Below, in pieces: positions 44,912 to 52,957 of a DNA stretch of 64,000 bases (its first letter is position 1; each line of letters opens with the position of its first letter). Origin of the DNA: Desulfurococcales archaeon (GTDB taxonomy: Archaea > Thermoproteota > Thermoprotei_A > Sulfolobales > NBVN01); assembly GCA_015521325.1 (NCBI GenBank), contig WAOK01000001.1, positions 73,782-137,781 of the forward strand, read 5' to 3'. Below the pieces are notes generated by a model, which saw only the letters and a list, made by a program, of their open reading frames with translations, made no database searches and was not told where the DNA came from. A program made the translations under genes and the position numbers.

Positions 44912-45385
44912 GTGGGCCAGATGGTCGTGCGCAGGAGAAAAAAGACGAGGAAACTGCGTGGGAGAACCCGCTCAATGGGATATGGGAGAATAGGTCAGCA
45001 CAGGAAATCGGGTAGCAAGGGCGGTGTTGGTGCTGCCGGTTACCACAAGCACTTCTGGTCTTGGGTGGTGAAGTATTACCCGGATTGGTTCGGCAAGCAC
45101 GGATTCACTAGGCATCCGTCACTGCAGACAGTCTTCCGCACCATGAACGTCGGCGAACTTAACGAACTCGTTAAGGAGCTAGAGCGTACCGGTGTGCTTG
45201 CGAGGTCAGGCGGCATGATAGAGATAAACCTGACTAGTCTCGGCGTCAACAAGCTGCTGGGTAGGGGAAGGATAGACAGGCCTGTTAGGGTTACCGTGTA
45301 TGCGGCTACGGAACTCGCCATAAAGAAAGTTAGGGAGGCTGGCGGCGAAGTAATAATTACTAAGCCCGCTTCAGAGGGCGGGTAA
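44912..45385 (+). CDS. rpl15: 50S ribosomal protein L15 (uL15)
   Basis: Track ORF of 157 aa. VRRRKKTRKLRGRTRSMGYGRIGQHRKSGSKGG is present. The alternative start is ATG 44921. Confidence 0.93.
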   Translation: MGQMVVRRRKKTRKLRGRTRSMGYGRIGQHRKSGSKGGVGAAGYHKHFWSWVVKYYPDWFGKHGFTRHPSLQTVFRTMNVGELNELVKELERTGVLARSGGMIEINLTSLGVNKLLGRGRIDRPVRVTVYAATELAIKKVREAGGEVIITKPASEGG

Positions 45386-45470
45386 TCCCAACCAAACACG
45401 GCATTGTTTTAATTCTTTGGATCTACAGCAGACAACCTGATCATCGCTTCATTCCGGATTTTCGTTAAAC

Positions 45471-45480
45471 CTTTATATCC
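45471..45480 (+). promoter_or_regulatory. TATA-box-like element for secY
   Basis: CTTTATATCC lies ~35 nt upstream of ATG 45510, implying a near-leaderless transcript. It sits in the only sizeable gap (124 bp) within the L22...Cbf5 gene string. Confidence 0.45.
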
Positions 45481-45509
45481 CGGTCTAAGACCCCACTAGG
45501 GCCGATGAT

Positions 45510-46919
45510 ATGGGGGCACTTCAGGCGCTAGCGAAGATCGGCGAGTACATCCCGTCGCCGCCGAGGCCGTCGAGGAAACCTGACCTTAAGTGGAGGTTAA
45601 TCTACACCCTGCTCGCACTGGTCATTTACTACGTACTGGCCTCCACGGTCGTCTTCCCATTGGTCTCGGTGGCGACGCAGTTCCAGGGATTCCAGCTGCC
45701 AGCACTCATCAGCGTGGTCTTCGCCTCAGCTAGGGGAACGATAGCCCAGCTGGGAATAGGCCCCATGGTAACTGCTGGCCTAATAATACAGATCCTCGTA
45801 GGCGCTAAGCTAATAGATCTTGACCTGACGCTCCCTGCTGACAGGAAACTCTTCACGCAGGCAGAGAAGGGACTGGGAGTAATCATAGCGGGTGTCGAAG
45901 CGGCCGGGTTCTCCATGGCTTACGGCTTGCCCTCACTCCTCACACTCGCTATATTCCTTCAGTTCATGTTCGGAGCAATAATACTGATGATACTGGACGA
46001 GGCGATCCAGAAAGGCTACGGCATAGGCTCAGGTATTAGCTTGTTTATCCTCGCAGGCGTGGCAAGAACCATAGTTTGGGACATGCTGGCGCCCGTGCTG
46101 GCGCAGGGAACCGATCAGTACTACGGTATATTCCCTTACCTCGCTCAAGCGTTCACGACGGGCACTGTTGACATGACCAGGCTGCTGTACGGGTTCAACT
46201 CAGCGTTCTACCAGGCCACAAGGCAGGTAGTTATGCCATCCCTGACGGGCTTGATCACGGTGTTCGTGCTCATAGCGGTGCTGGTCTACCTACAGCAGAT
46301 GAGGGTGAGGGTGCCCATAATGACACAGAGGGCACCCGGCATAAGAACGAGTGTCCCGCTGCAGTTCATTTACGTTACCAACATCCCGATACTGTTGGTC
46401 GGCATAGTCCTTTCGGACCTGATACTCTTTAACAGACTGGTCACGGCGTACCTAAGCGAGAGCGCTCCGTGGCTTGCGGGGGCACTTCAGACAGCTATTA
46501 ATTACTTATCGCCACCTAGGGGACTCCTTTCAGTGATGATTGACCCGCTGCGGGCGCTGATAAACTCAGTGATATTCGTCGGGCTCGCAATACTCTTCGG
46601 ACTAATGTGGGTCGAGATAGCCGGGCTGAGTCCCTCTGCCTACGCTGAGAACCTGATCAAGTCCGGTCTACAGATGCCGGGCCTTAGGAGGAACCCGAAG
46701 GTCCTGGAGATGGTGCTCGCCAGGTACATCTACCCGCTCGCTATACTCAGCTCCATAATAGTGGCGGTAATAGCGCTGACAGCGGACATCTTCGGAGCAT
46801 TCGGCACAGGCACAGGCATACTGCTGGCTGTAGGCATAGTGCTACAGTTCTACCAGCAGATAGCGTACGAGAGAGCGTTAGAGGCTTATCCACTGCTGAA
46901 GAGACTGATTGGGGAGTGA
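45510..46919 (+). CDS. secY: preprotein translocase subunit SecY
   Basis: Track ORF of 469 aa with ten TM segments. RGTIAQLGIGPMVTAGLIIQIL...LDEAIQKGYGIGSGISLFI is present. Confidence 0.96.
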   Translation: MGALQALAKIGEYIPSPPRPSRKPDLKWRLIYTLLALVIYYVLASTVVFPLVSVATQFQGFQLPALISVVFASARGTIAQLGIGPMVTAGLIIQILVGAKLIDLDLTLPADRKLFTQAEKGLGVIIAGVEAAGFSMAYGLPSLLTLAIFLQFMFGAIILMILDEAIQKGYGIGSGISLFILAGVARTIVWDMLAPVLAQGTDQYYGIFPYLAQAFTTGTVDMTRLLYGFNSAFYQATRQVVMPSLTGLITVFVLIAVLVYLQQMRVRVPIMTQRAPGIRTSVPLQFIYVTNIPILLVGIVLSDLILFNRLVTAYLSESAPWLAGALQTAINYLSPPRGLLSVMIDPLRALINSVIFVGLAILFGLMWVEIAGLSPSAYAENLIKSGLQMPGLRRNPKVLEMVLARYIYPLAILSSIIVAVIALTADIFGAFGTGTGILLAVGIVLQFYQQIAYERALEAYPLLKRLIGE

Positions 46920-47536
46920 TCGAAGTGCCTGAACCCAAGATCGCTGTCGTGGTCGGGCTCCCCGGAGTTGGCAAAAGTACGGTACTCTCCATCGCCAAAG
47001 ATATGTTGGAGGCAAAGGGGTACGGGGTAGAGATACTTAACTTTGGGACAGAAATGCTCGAATACCTTAAGAAAAAGGGTATTGTCCAGTCAAGGGACGA
47101 GATAAGAAGACTCCCTCTCCGTGTTCAGCAGGAGGCACAGGCCGGTGCGGCCACAGTGATAAGGGAGAAGTTCGAGGCGTTGGCTGAGAAGTATGAGAAA
47201 TTCGTCGGCTTCGTCGACACACACGCAATAATCAAGACCCCCTCCGGCATCTGGCCCGGACTGCCCCTGCATGTGATGACCAACCTCAGACCACACACGA
47301 TAATAGTTGTGGAGGCTGATCCGGACGTCATCGTTGCGAGGCAACTACGGGATAAGACCAGGTACAGGGCGGACTACGCCGATGTAAGGCTGGTTAAGGA
47401 GCTGCTCTCATACGTAAGGCAGTTCAGCATAGCGAGTGCAGTGCTGGTGGGTGCCTCCGTGAACTTCATAATAAATGAGGAGGGTAAAGCAGAGGAAGCA
47501 GCGGCTGCAGTGACAAGTGTTATCGAGAATATCTGA
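46916..47536 (+). CDS. adkA: adenylate kinase, archaeal type
   Basis: Track ORF of 206 aa. The P-loop is VVGLPGVGKSTVL. It has a 4-nt overlap with secY and the canonical position after secY. Confidence 0.9.
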   Translation: MIEVPEPKIAVVVGLPGVGKSTVLSIAKDMLEAKGYGVEILNFGTEMLEYLKKKGIVQSRDEIRRLPLRVQQEAQAGAATVIREKFEALAEKYEKFVGFVDTHAIIKTPSGIWPGLPLHVMTNLRPHTIIVVEADPDVIVARQLRDKTRYRADYADVRLVKELLSYVRQFSIASAVLVGASVNFIINEEGKAEEAAAAVTSVIENI

Positions 47537-47538
47537 GA

Positions 47539-48015
47539 GTGGTCGCCGTGATAGTTACGGCATCCTACGCCTTTTTCACAGTGCTATCGCTCCTGCCATT
47601 CTCCTTCATGCTCCGGGGCTACGTCCAGAGGCTAGACCTCCGGTCGACATTGGAGGCGCTGCAAGAGATCGCTGGACGCATGTCCAGAACAACTAAGGAA
47701 AAGAAGCTCAGGGAGCTTAAGGCGAGGTATGATGCGTTAAGGAAGAGAATATCTTCAGCTGTATTCATGAACCTAATGATGCTCTGGATCGGTCTATTCA
47801 CGGCTCTCACGTTCGGCAGGATCACGGCTACTTATTTGCTGGTCTCCCTCGGCGCCCCCGTCATGCCTCCATCACCATTAGTGCTTCCGTTCATCTCAAT
47901 CGATGGGCGACTCAACATACTGCTGGTAATACTTGCGGCGGCGATAGCGTATCAGCCACTTCATACCAAGATCTCGGGCCTTGACGCGTTGACGGAGTGG
48001 AGGGAGAGGCGCTGA
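47539..48015 (+). CDS. DUF106-family membrane protein (EMC3/TMCO1/YidC-like insertase homologue)
   Basis: Track ORF of 158 aa. The layout is a TM helix, then a basic coiled region (KEKKLRELKARYDALRKR), then TM helices. The adk-DUF106-L34e-cmk order is conserved. Confidence 0.6.
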   Translation: MVAVIVTASYAFFTVLSLLPFSFMLRGYVQRLDLRSTLEALQEIAGRMSRTTKEKKLRELKARYDALRKRISSAVFMNLMMLWIGLFTALTFGRITATYLLVSLGAPVMPPSPLVLPFISIDGRLNILLVILAAAIAYQPLHTKISGLDALTEWRERR

Positions 48016-48052
48016 AGAAGGGTTCTTAAGCCCCAATCATCACCCATATCGG

Positions 48053-48334
48053 GTGCTGGCGAGTATGGTGAGGCCCGGGCTAAGGTCAAGGTCCATGAAG
48101 AGGCTGAAGAGGAGAAGCCCTTCAGGAGAGACCAGGGTGATCTACAGGAGGAGGAAGAAGCACGTAGCTCACTGCATGATATGTGGCAGACCGCTTGGGG
48201 GCGTGCCTAGGGACAGGAAGGACCTTAGGAAGGGGCCGAAGACAGCGAAGAGGCCGGAGCGGTACTTCGGCGGCGTTATCTGTCCCGACTGCCTTAGGGC
48301 CGCGCTGAAGATAGCGGCTAGGGCAGGTTTGTGA
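48053..48334 (+). CDS. rpl34e: 50S ribosomal protein L34e (eL34)
   Basis: Track ORF of 93 aa. RPGLRSRSMKRLKRRSPSGETRVIYRRRK...CMICGRPLGGVP is present. The likely start is ATG 48065. Confidence 0.9.
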   Translation: MLASMVRPGLRSRSMKRLKRRSPSGETRVIYRRRKKHVAHCMICGRPLGGVPRDRKDLRKGPKTAKRPERYFGGVICPDCLRAALKIAARAGL

Positions 48335-48951
48335 GGGTTTTTGTATTGAGCGATACCCTAGCGGATGCATGTAAGCTAGGTCTTGTAATAGCCGTCAGTG
48401 GTAAACCTGGCAGCGGTAAATCCACGCTCGCTAGGGCGTTGGCCGAACGATTTGGCCTAAGATACGTGTCCCTGGGAATAATTTTTAGGAGGCTTGCAAG
48501 TGAGCGTGGAATGACTCTCGAGGAATTCTCGCGTCTTGCTGAGGAGGATAGAAGTATTGACAGACTCATCGACACCATTAGTAGGCAGGAAGGAGAGCGT
48601 GGTTGTGTCGTCGTTGACGGCCACATATCCGCGTGGATACTCAAGGGCATAGCACACGTAAAGATACTGGTCTACGCGCCTGCTGAGGTGAGGGCAGCCC
48701 GGATCGCTCAGAGAGACGGGAAGAGCATGGAAGAAGCGCTGGAAGAACTCCGGATCAGGGACAGTAGCGAGGCAAAAAGGTACAAGAAATACTACGGGAT
48801 AGACGTCAATGATGTGACAGTGTTTGACTTGGCGATAAACACAGCAACTTTCAATAAAAAAGAGATGATTGAGTTAGCATCGAGGGCAGTTGAGCTCGTG
48901 ATGAAGAGGATGAGTAAGGAGCAAAAGCTTATAGAGGGTACCAAAATCTAG
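48331..48951 (+). CDS. cmk: cytidylate kinase, archaeal type
   Basis: Track ORF of 206 aa. VIAVSGKPGSGKSTLARALAERFGLRYVSLGIIFR is present. Confidence 0.9.
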   Translation: MRVFVLSDTLADACKLGLVIAVSGKPGSGKSTLARALAERFGLRYVSLGIIFRRLASERGMTLEEFSRLAEEDRSIDRLIDTISRQEGERGCVVVDGHISAWILKGIAHVKILVYAPAEVRAARIAQRDGKSMEEALEELRIRDSSEAKRYKKYYGIDVNDVTVFDLAINTATFNKKEMIELASRAVELVMKRMSKEQKLIEGTKI

Positions 48952-48958
48952 GGAGTAG

Positions 48959-49282
48959 GTGCCAGGTATGCCCGCAATAGAGGTAGGTAGGATAGTGGTT
49001 AAGCTCGCAGGCAGAGAGGCCGGTCGGAAGGCCGTCATTGTCGACATTATTGATGATAAGTTCGTCGTAATAACTGGGCCGAAACAGCTTACTGGCGTGA
49101 AGACCAGGAGAGTGAACATAAACCACATCGAGCCCACCGACAAGAAGATAGAGATCAGTAAGGGAGCGAGCGAGGAGGAGGTAATGAAGGCACTCGAGGA
49201 CGCTGGCCTAGTGGACTTCATGAAGCAGAGGGTCAGGATAGGCCGCAAGGAGATACTTCAGGTGAAGGCACAGAAGGCCTGA
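48959..49282 (+). CDS. rpl14e: 50S ribosomal protein L14e (eL14)
   Basis: Track ORF of 107 aa. The KOW-like segment is [26 protein letters not shown]. Confidence 0.9.
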   Translation: MPGMPAIEVGRIVVKLAGREAGRKAVIVDIIDDKFVVITGPKQLTGVKTRRVNINHIEPTDKKIEISKGASEEEVMKALEDAGLVDFMKQRVRIGRKEILQVKAQKA

Positions 49283-49339
49283 GGCCCGGTTCTTCTTCCT
49301 TATTATCCCCAACACCTCCAAGAGTACACAGGTGATTAG

Positions 49340-50409
49340 TTGTCGAAGGAGGACATAACGCGTGAGGGAATAGAATTCATCCGGAGGCTTGATGAGTACG
49401 GCGAGGTGAGGGACAAGCTCATAGTCGTAAAGGAGGCGCTGACTGACCCTGCCTACGGGAAGCTCCCCACCCAGAGAAGCGTTGATGAACTGCTTGACTT
49501 GGGTGTAGTAAACCTCGATAAGCCTCCAGGCCCAACAAGCCACGAGGTTGTTGCGTGGCTAAAGAATATCCTCGGAATTGAGAAGGCCGGGCACGGGGGT
49601 ACCCTAGAGCGCCCGTAAAGGCGCGGGGAAACCCCAAGGTGTCCGGCATCCTCCCAGTCGCTCTGGGATCTGCTACCAAACTCATAGGTCTGATAATGCT
49701 CTCTACAAAGGAATACATTGCTGTAGCTCAGCTTCACGAACCCGTTGAGGAGGCAAGACTTAGAGAGGTGATCAAGGAGTTCATAGGGAAAATATATCAA
49801 AGACCCCCTCTCCGCTCATCAGTGAAGCGTGCCCTACGCGTCAAGACTGTATATGAGATCGAGCTCCTAGAATACGAGTTCCCCTACGCCCTCCTGAGGA
49901 TCAAGTGTGAGCACGGGACGTACGTGAGGAAGCTTATTCATGACATAGGTCTTATCCTCGGAGTCGGTGCTCATATGAGGGAGTTACGCAGGATTAGGAC
50001 TGGACCATTTAAGGAAGACTCAACTCTCGTCACTATGCACGAGCTCTCTGAGGCCGTGTATCTGTATAAGAACGAGAACGACGACTCAGCCCTACGGAAA
50101 TCAATATTGCCCGCTGAGTACATAGTTTCCCATATGAGGAAGGTCGTGGTTGTTGACGGAGCGGTTTCAGCGATCTCGCATGGCGCAGACTTGGCTATAC
50201 CGGGTATCTCAATGATTCACGAAAACATAAGGAGGGGTGAAAGAGTAGCGATATTCTCCCTGAAGGGCGAGATCGTCGCTGTGGGCAGGGCCCTCATGTC
50301 TACCGAAGAAGTTCTGGAGAGGAGGAAGGGGATAGCGGTGAAGACTAGGAGGGTTATTATAAAAAGAGGGACATATCCGCGGAGCTGGAGAAGAAAGCAA
50401 AGTAAATAA
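49340..50409 (+). CDS. cbf5: Cbf5 / tRNA-rRNA pseudouridine synthase (TruB family), interrupted by a 23-nt BHB intron; CDS = join(49340..49607,49631..50409), 348 aa
   Basis: Track ORFs 49340..49618 and 49639..50409 are the two halves. Removing 49608-49630 restores [26 protein letters not shown], the TruB catalytic GTLDP motif. The C-terminal PUA region is present. The start is TTG. Confidence 0.9.
49608..49630 (+). other. bulge-helix-bulge (BHB) intron in cbf5 pre-mRNA
   Basis: The intron is AGCGCCCGUAAAGGCGCGGGGAA. The central helix is CCCU(49602-05)/GGGG(49625-28). The bulges are AGA(49606-08) and AAA(49629-31). The inner hairpin is GCGCC/GGCGC with loop CGUAAA. Cutting after bulge nt 2 at each site yields the in-frame junction G|AC. 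Confidence 0.8.
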
Positions 50410-50436
50410 AAGACCCGCAGAAACCCTACCTACGGA

Positions 50437-50523
50437 GCCGGGGTGCCCGAGCGGCCCAAGGGGCCGGCCTGGAGAGCCGGTGGGCGCACGCCCACGCGGG
50501 TTCGAATCCCGCCCCCGGCGCCA
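50437..50523 (+). tRNA. tRNA-Ser (anticodon GGA), class II with long variable arm, CCA encoded
   Basis: The acceptor is GCCGGGG/CCCCGGC. The anticodon stem CCGGC/GCCGG carries loop CUGGAGA. The variable arm is UGGGCGCACGCCCAC and the T-arm is GCGGG-UUCGAAU-CCCGC. Discriminator G is followed by CCA. Confidence 0.93.
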
Positions 50524-50770
50524 CAATTAACTACGTGAAGATAATTGGGGGCAAGTAACTCAGCTGAAGCCTTAGGTTCCTCACCATGTCAGGCCGCTGA
50601 AAGTTCATCATCACTATATCAAGGGCCTCGGCATTTCCGGCACTCTTCATTATGTTCGATCCAGTGACCCTCTTCTCCTCACGGGCCCTCACCTACCACG
50701 TACCCTATGATGCTTAATAATGTGCCCCTTTAATTCCTGTGTTGAAATAGTTGATATCTTTATTAACAGC

Positions 50771-50781
50771 GTTAAATAACC
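50771..50781 (+). promoter_or_regulatory. TATA-box-like element for the superoxide reductase gene
   Basis: GTTAAATAACC is centred ~25 nt upstream of GTG 50801, consistent with a leaderless mRNA. Confidence 0.4.
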
Positions 50782-50800
50782 TAATCGTTGGGGATAAATC

Positions 50801-51178
50801 GTGAAGTCATTCGGTGAATTAATATACTCCCCAGACCGAGCATCAGGCGAGGCCATAGCAAAGGTCGAGAGTCATACACCAAAGATCGAGGCACCAGATA
50901 AGGTAAAGCCTGGAGAGGTGTTCACAATAAAGGTCAGTGTAGGCCCTCACCCCAACAAAACAGAGCACTCGATAAGGTGGGTGGAGGTGTACTTCTATGA
51001 GGAGGGAAGAACCTTTAACCCCGTGATGCTGGCAAGGGCGTTCTTCGCCCCCGGCTACGTAGAGCCGGAGCTGACAATAAAGGCGAAGCTCAGCAGGAGC
51101 GGCGTCATATACGCCATAGCTTACTGCAACCTCCACGGCCTATGGGAGGGCAGGAAGGAGGTCAAGGTCGAGGAATGA
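50801..51178 (+). CDS. sor: superoxide reductase (neelaredoxin-type, 1Fe-SOR)
   Basis: Track ORF of 125 aa with a GTG start. ESHTPKIEAP...VGPHPNKTEHSIRWVEVYF...AYCNLHGLWEG carries the His/Cys iron ligands of SOR. Confidence 0.88.
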   Translation: MKSFGELIYSPDRASGEAIAKVESHTPKIEAPDKVKPGEVFTIKVSVGPHPNKTEHSIRWVEVYFYEEGRTFNPVMLARAFFAPGYVEPELTIKAKLSRSGVIYAIAYCNLHGLWEGRKEVKVEE

Positions 51179-51489
51179 GCACAGGAAATGAGAGACTGAG
51201 AAAGGCGGTAGAGAAGGCGATAGAGGAGTATAACAAGTACCGCTCACCGGAGGCCACAGCAAGGCTGGTTAGGCTGGAGAACGGTGAGGCCGTGATAGTG
51301 TTTGAGGGAAGCTTCTGCGAGACATGCGGCGTCAACGAATGGGTTGTCGATATGGAGTATGTGATGAAGGACCTGGGGATAGACGCGGAACTTGAGACCA
51401 TAGAGGAGCCGGAGGACCTCACTGAGAATAGGCGTGTGGGAAGATTCCGAATTAAAAGGATCTCTTTTTCCACGTCAGTCCCTCACTAA
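51175..51489 (+). CDS. hypothetical CxxC protein translationally coupled to SOR
   Basis: The track ORF starts at 51142. ATG 51175 overlaps the sor stop (ATGA). A single FCETCG motif is present. No family was recognised. Confidence 0.45.
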   Translation: MSTGNERLRKAVEKAIEEYNKYRSPEATARLVRLENGEAVIVFEGSFCETCGVNEWVVDMEYVMKDLGIDAELETIEEPEDLTENRRVGRFRIKRISFSTSVPH

Positions 51490-51534
51490 AACATTAACAG
51501 GTCCTTTTCCCTAACTATTTGAGCTGGTGGTTGA

Positions 51535-52041
51535 ATGAGCGGTCAAGAATACCCTGAAGCTGGGGAAGGCGAGGACGGACAAGAACTCTCGGTGCTCCAG
51601 AGGAGAGAGGGAGGTACTAACGTAACTGAGGTGCTGAGTTACCTAGTCCCCGCATATGTATTCGCCATAAGCATATCATACCTCGGGGTGTACCCCTTCG
51701 CCAAGTTCTCTGGAATAAACCCCTTGGTAGCTGCGTCCCTGCTTTCTTCCTTCGTGGTTTTCGTTGTGTGTTTAGCGCTTCACTCGTACTTTTCCAAGAA
51801 ATCTACCCAGCTCGCTTCAGTGATATCGGCGGGCGTGATGGTGGTGACTTACTTTACCTACCTAGGAAGTATCTCAGTTAGCAGGGGCCTGAGAATTGTT
51901 CCTTTGCCTTTCTTTGATTTCCTCTGCGGTTCATCACATTGCTCGATCTCGCTCGACCTGGGTCAATTAGGGATCATAGCCATGGTCTATCTCTTAAGAG
52001 ACAAGCTCGTCAGCGCCCTTAGGAGGGCTCGTGAACCTTAA
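51535..52041 (+). CDS. hypothetical membrane protein
   Basis: Track ORF of 168 aa with an acidic N-terminus followed by 3-4 hydrophobic helices. Confidence 0.4.
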   Translation: MSGQEYPEAGEGEDGQELSVLQRREGGTNVTEVLSYLVPAYVFAISISYLGVYPFAKFSGINPLVAASLLSSFVVFVVCLALHSYFSKKSTQLASVISAGVMVVTYFTYLGSISVSRGLRIVPLPFFDFLCGSSHCSISLDLGQLGIIAMVYLLRDKLVSALRRAREP

Positions 52042-52069
52042 ATACTCCTTGACTAAGGACTTGAGGGGT

Positions 52070-52172
52070 GCCCCGGTAGTATAGCCCGGCCAAGTATGCG
52101 GGCCTCTCGAGCGCCCATGCGGGGCTGCGTGGAAAGCCCGTGACCCGGGTTCAAATCCCGGCCGGGGCACCA
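52070..52172 (+). tRNA. tRNA-Glu (anticodon CUC) with 25-nt intron at canonical 37/38 position, CCA encoded
   Basis: The acceptor is GCCCCGG/CCGGGGC and the D-loop is AGCCCGGCCAA. The anticodon stem CGGGC(52099-103)/GCCCG(52136-40) encloses 32 nt, and removing 52110-52134 leaves loop CUCUCGA. The T-arm is CCGGG-UUCAAAU-CCCGG, followed by A and CCA. Confidence 0.9.
52110..52134 (+). other. tRNA-Glu intron
   Basis: The intron is AGCGCCCAUGCGGGGCUGCGUGGAA. Its boundary is ambiguous by 1 nt because of flanking A residues. It has an inner GC-rich hairpin. The central BHB helix is imperfect (3 of 4 pairs, two of them G-U). Confidence 0.75.
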
Positions 52173-52177
52173 CACAC

Positions 52178-52882
52178 TCACATTATCTTAAGAAACCTCT
52201 CGCACCCAGAAGCAACCCTTGACGCGACAACCCACGTGTCCAGAGGCTTTCTATAGATTGATGCCGCAATCGATGCCCTCTCCTTAATCACAGGGTCAAA
52301 GTCGCCGTGGGGGAACCCGCCTATGACGATAGGTTCGCCGCGTTCTACGGACTCTCTACATATTTCCTCGGGCTTCATGACCTCCCCTTCCTCACTGAGA
52401 AGTATGATGCTCTCAACTCCCAGTCTCTTGAGGAGGTTGTCGAACGTCATCGGTATCGCCTTAAGCAAGGGTTCCTCGCTGTCCGGAGGCACCTTGCCTA
52501 CGTTTAGTAGCTGCTCCATTAGACCAACGAACCTGTTATAATTCCTCGGTATCCTGGCGGAGGGATCGATCTCTATGACATAGTCGTTCACTGTGTGCAC
52601 GAACGTAGTCAGTTTTCCCTCGATGTTTAGGGGAGATGAGAGGAGCTCCAGTAGGGTGACGTGGACTATGTCCGGCCTACCCCTCTTCTTTCTGTTCCTC
52701 AACTTCTTCATCGCAGCATAATGAAGCGATATATCCAGCAGCACCTCTCTAGGGCTCTTACCCCTTTTCCTAGCATTTCTCACAACTGCGGGGTGATGCG
52801 CTATCTCAGGCGGCACCAGCTCTAGAGAAGCCTCCGCCAGTATGACCGTCACCTTAGTATTGCTCAATACACACCTCACCAT
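52178..52882 (-). CDS. nep1: rRNA small-subunit pseudouridine methyltransferase Nep1 (Emg1/Mra1, SPOUT)
   Basis: Track ORF of 234 aa. VILAEASLELVPPEI...RGRPDIVHVTLLELLSSPLN...IPRNYNRFVGLMEQLL is present. Confidence 0.88.
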   Translation of the reverse strand: MVRCVLSNTKVTVILAEASLELVPPEIAHHPAVVRNARKRGKSPREVLLDISLHYAAMKKLRNRKKRGRPDIVHVTLLELLSSPLNIEGKLTTFVHTVNDYVIEIDPSARIPRNYNRFVGLMEQLLNVGKVPPDSEEPLLKAIPMTFDNLLKRLGVESIILLSEEGEVMKPEEICRESVERGEPIVIGGFPHGDFDPVIKERASIAASIYRKPLDTWVVASRVASGCERFLKIM

Positions 52883-52957
52883 ACATTTGTTGGGGAGGGA
52901 GTTATAGCCAGAAAAAGACCGGGCCGCGGCATCAAGGATCTGGCTATCCAGAGGGCA

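Noticed and set aside
50209-50526. A 105-aa minus-strand ORF.
   Set aside because: It covers the antisense of tRNA-Ser and the cbf5 3' end, so it is spurious.
50560-50614. A C/D-box-like arrangement on the minus strand: GUGAUGA...CUGA...GUGAGGA...CUGA.
   Set aside because: The spacers are 15 and 14 nt rather than ~12, the C' box is degenerate and there is no terminal stem. It does not fit archaeal C/D geometry.
52883-52957. A possible upstream extension of Rpp21 (in-frame ...IARKRPGRGIKDLAIQRA...) with an ATA start after a GGAGG box.
   Set aside because: There is no canonical start codon in that stretch. The TTATAG containing the ATA sits ~25 nt from the nep1 ATG on the other strand, so it is better explained as the nep1 TATA box. 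I kept TTG 52958.
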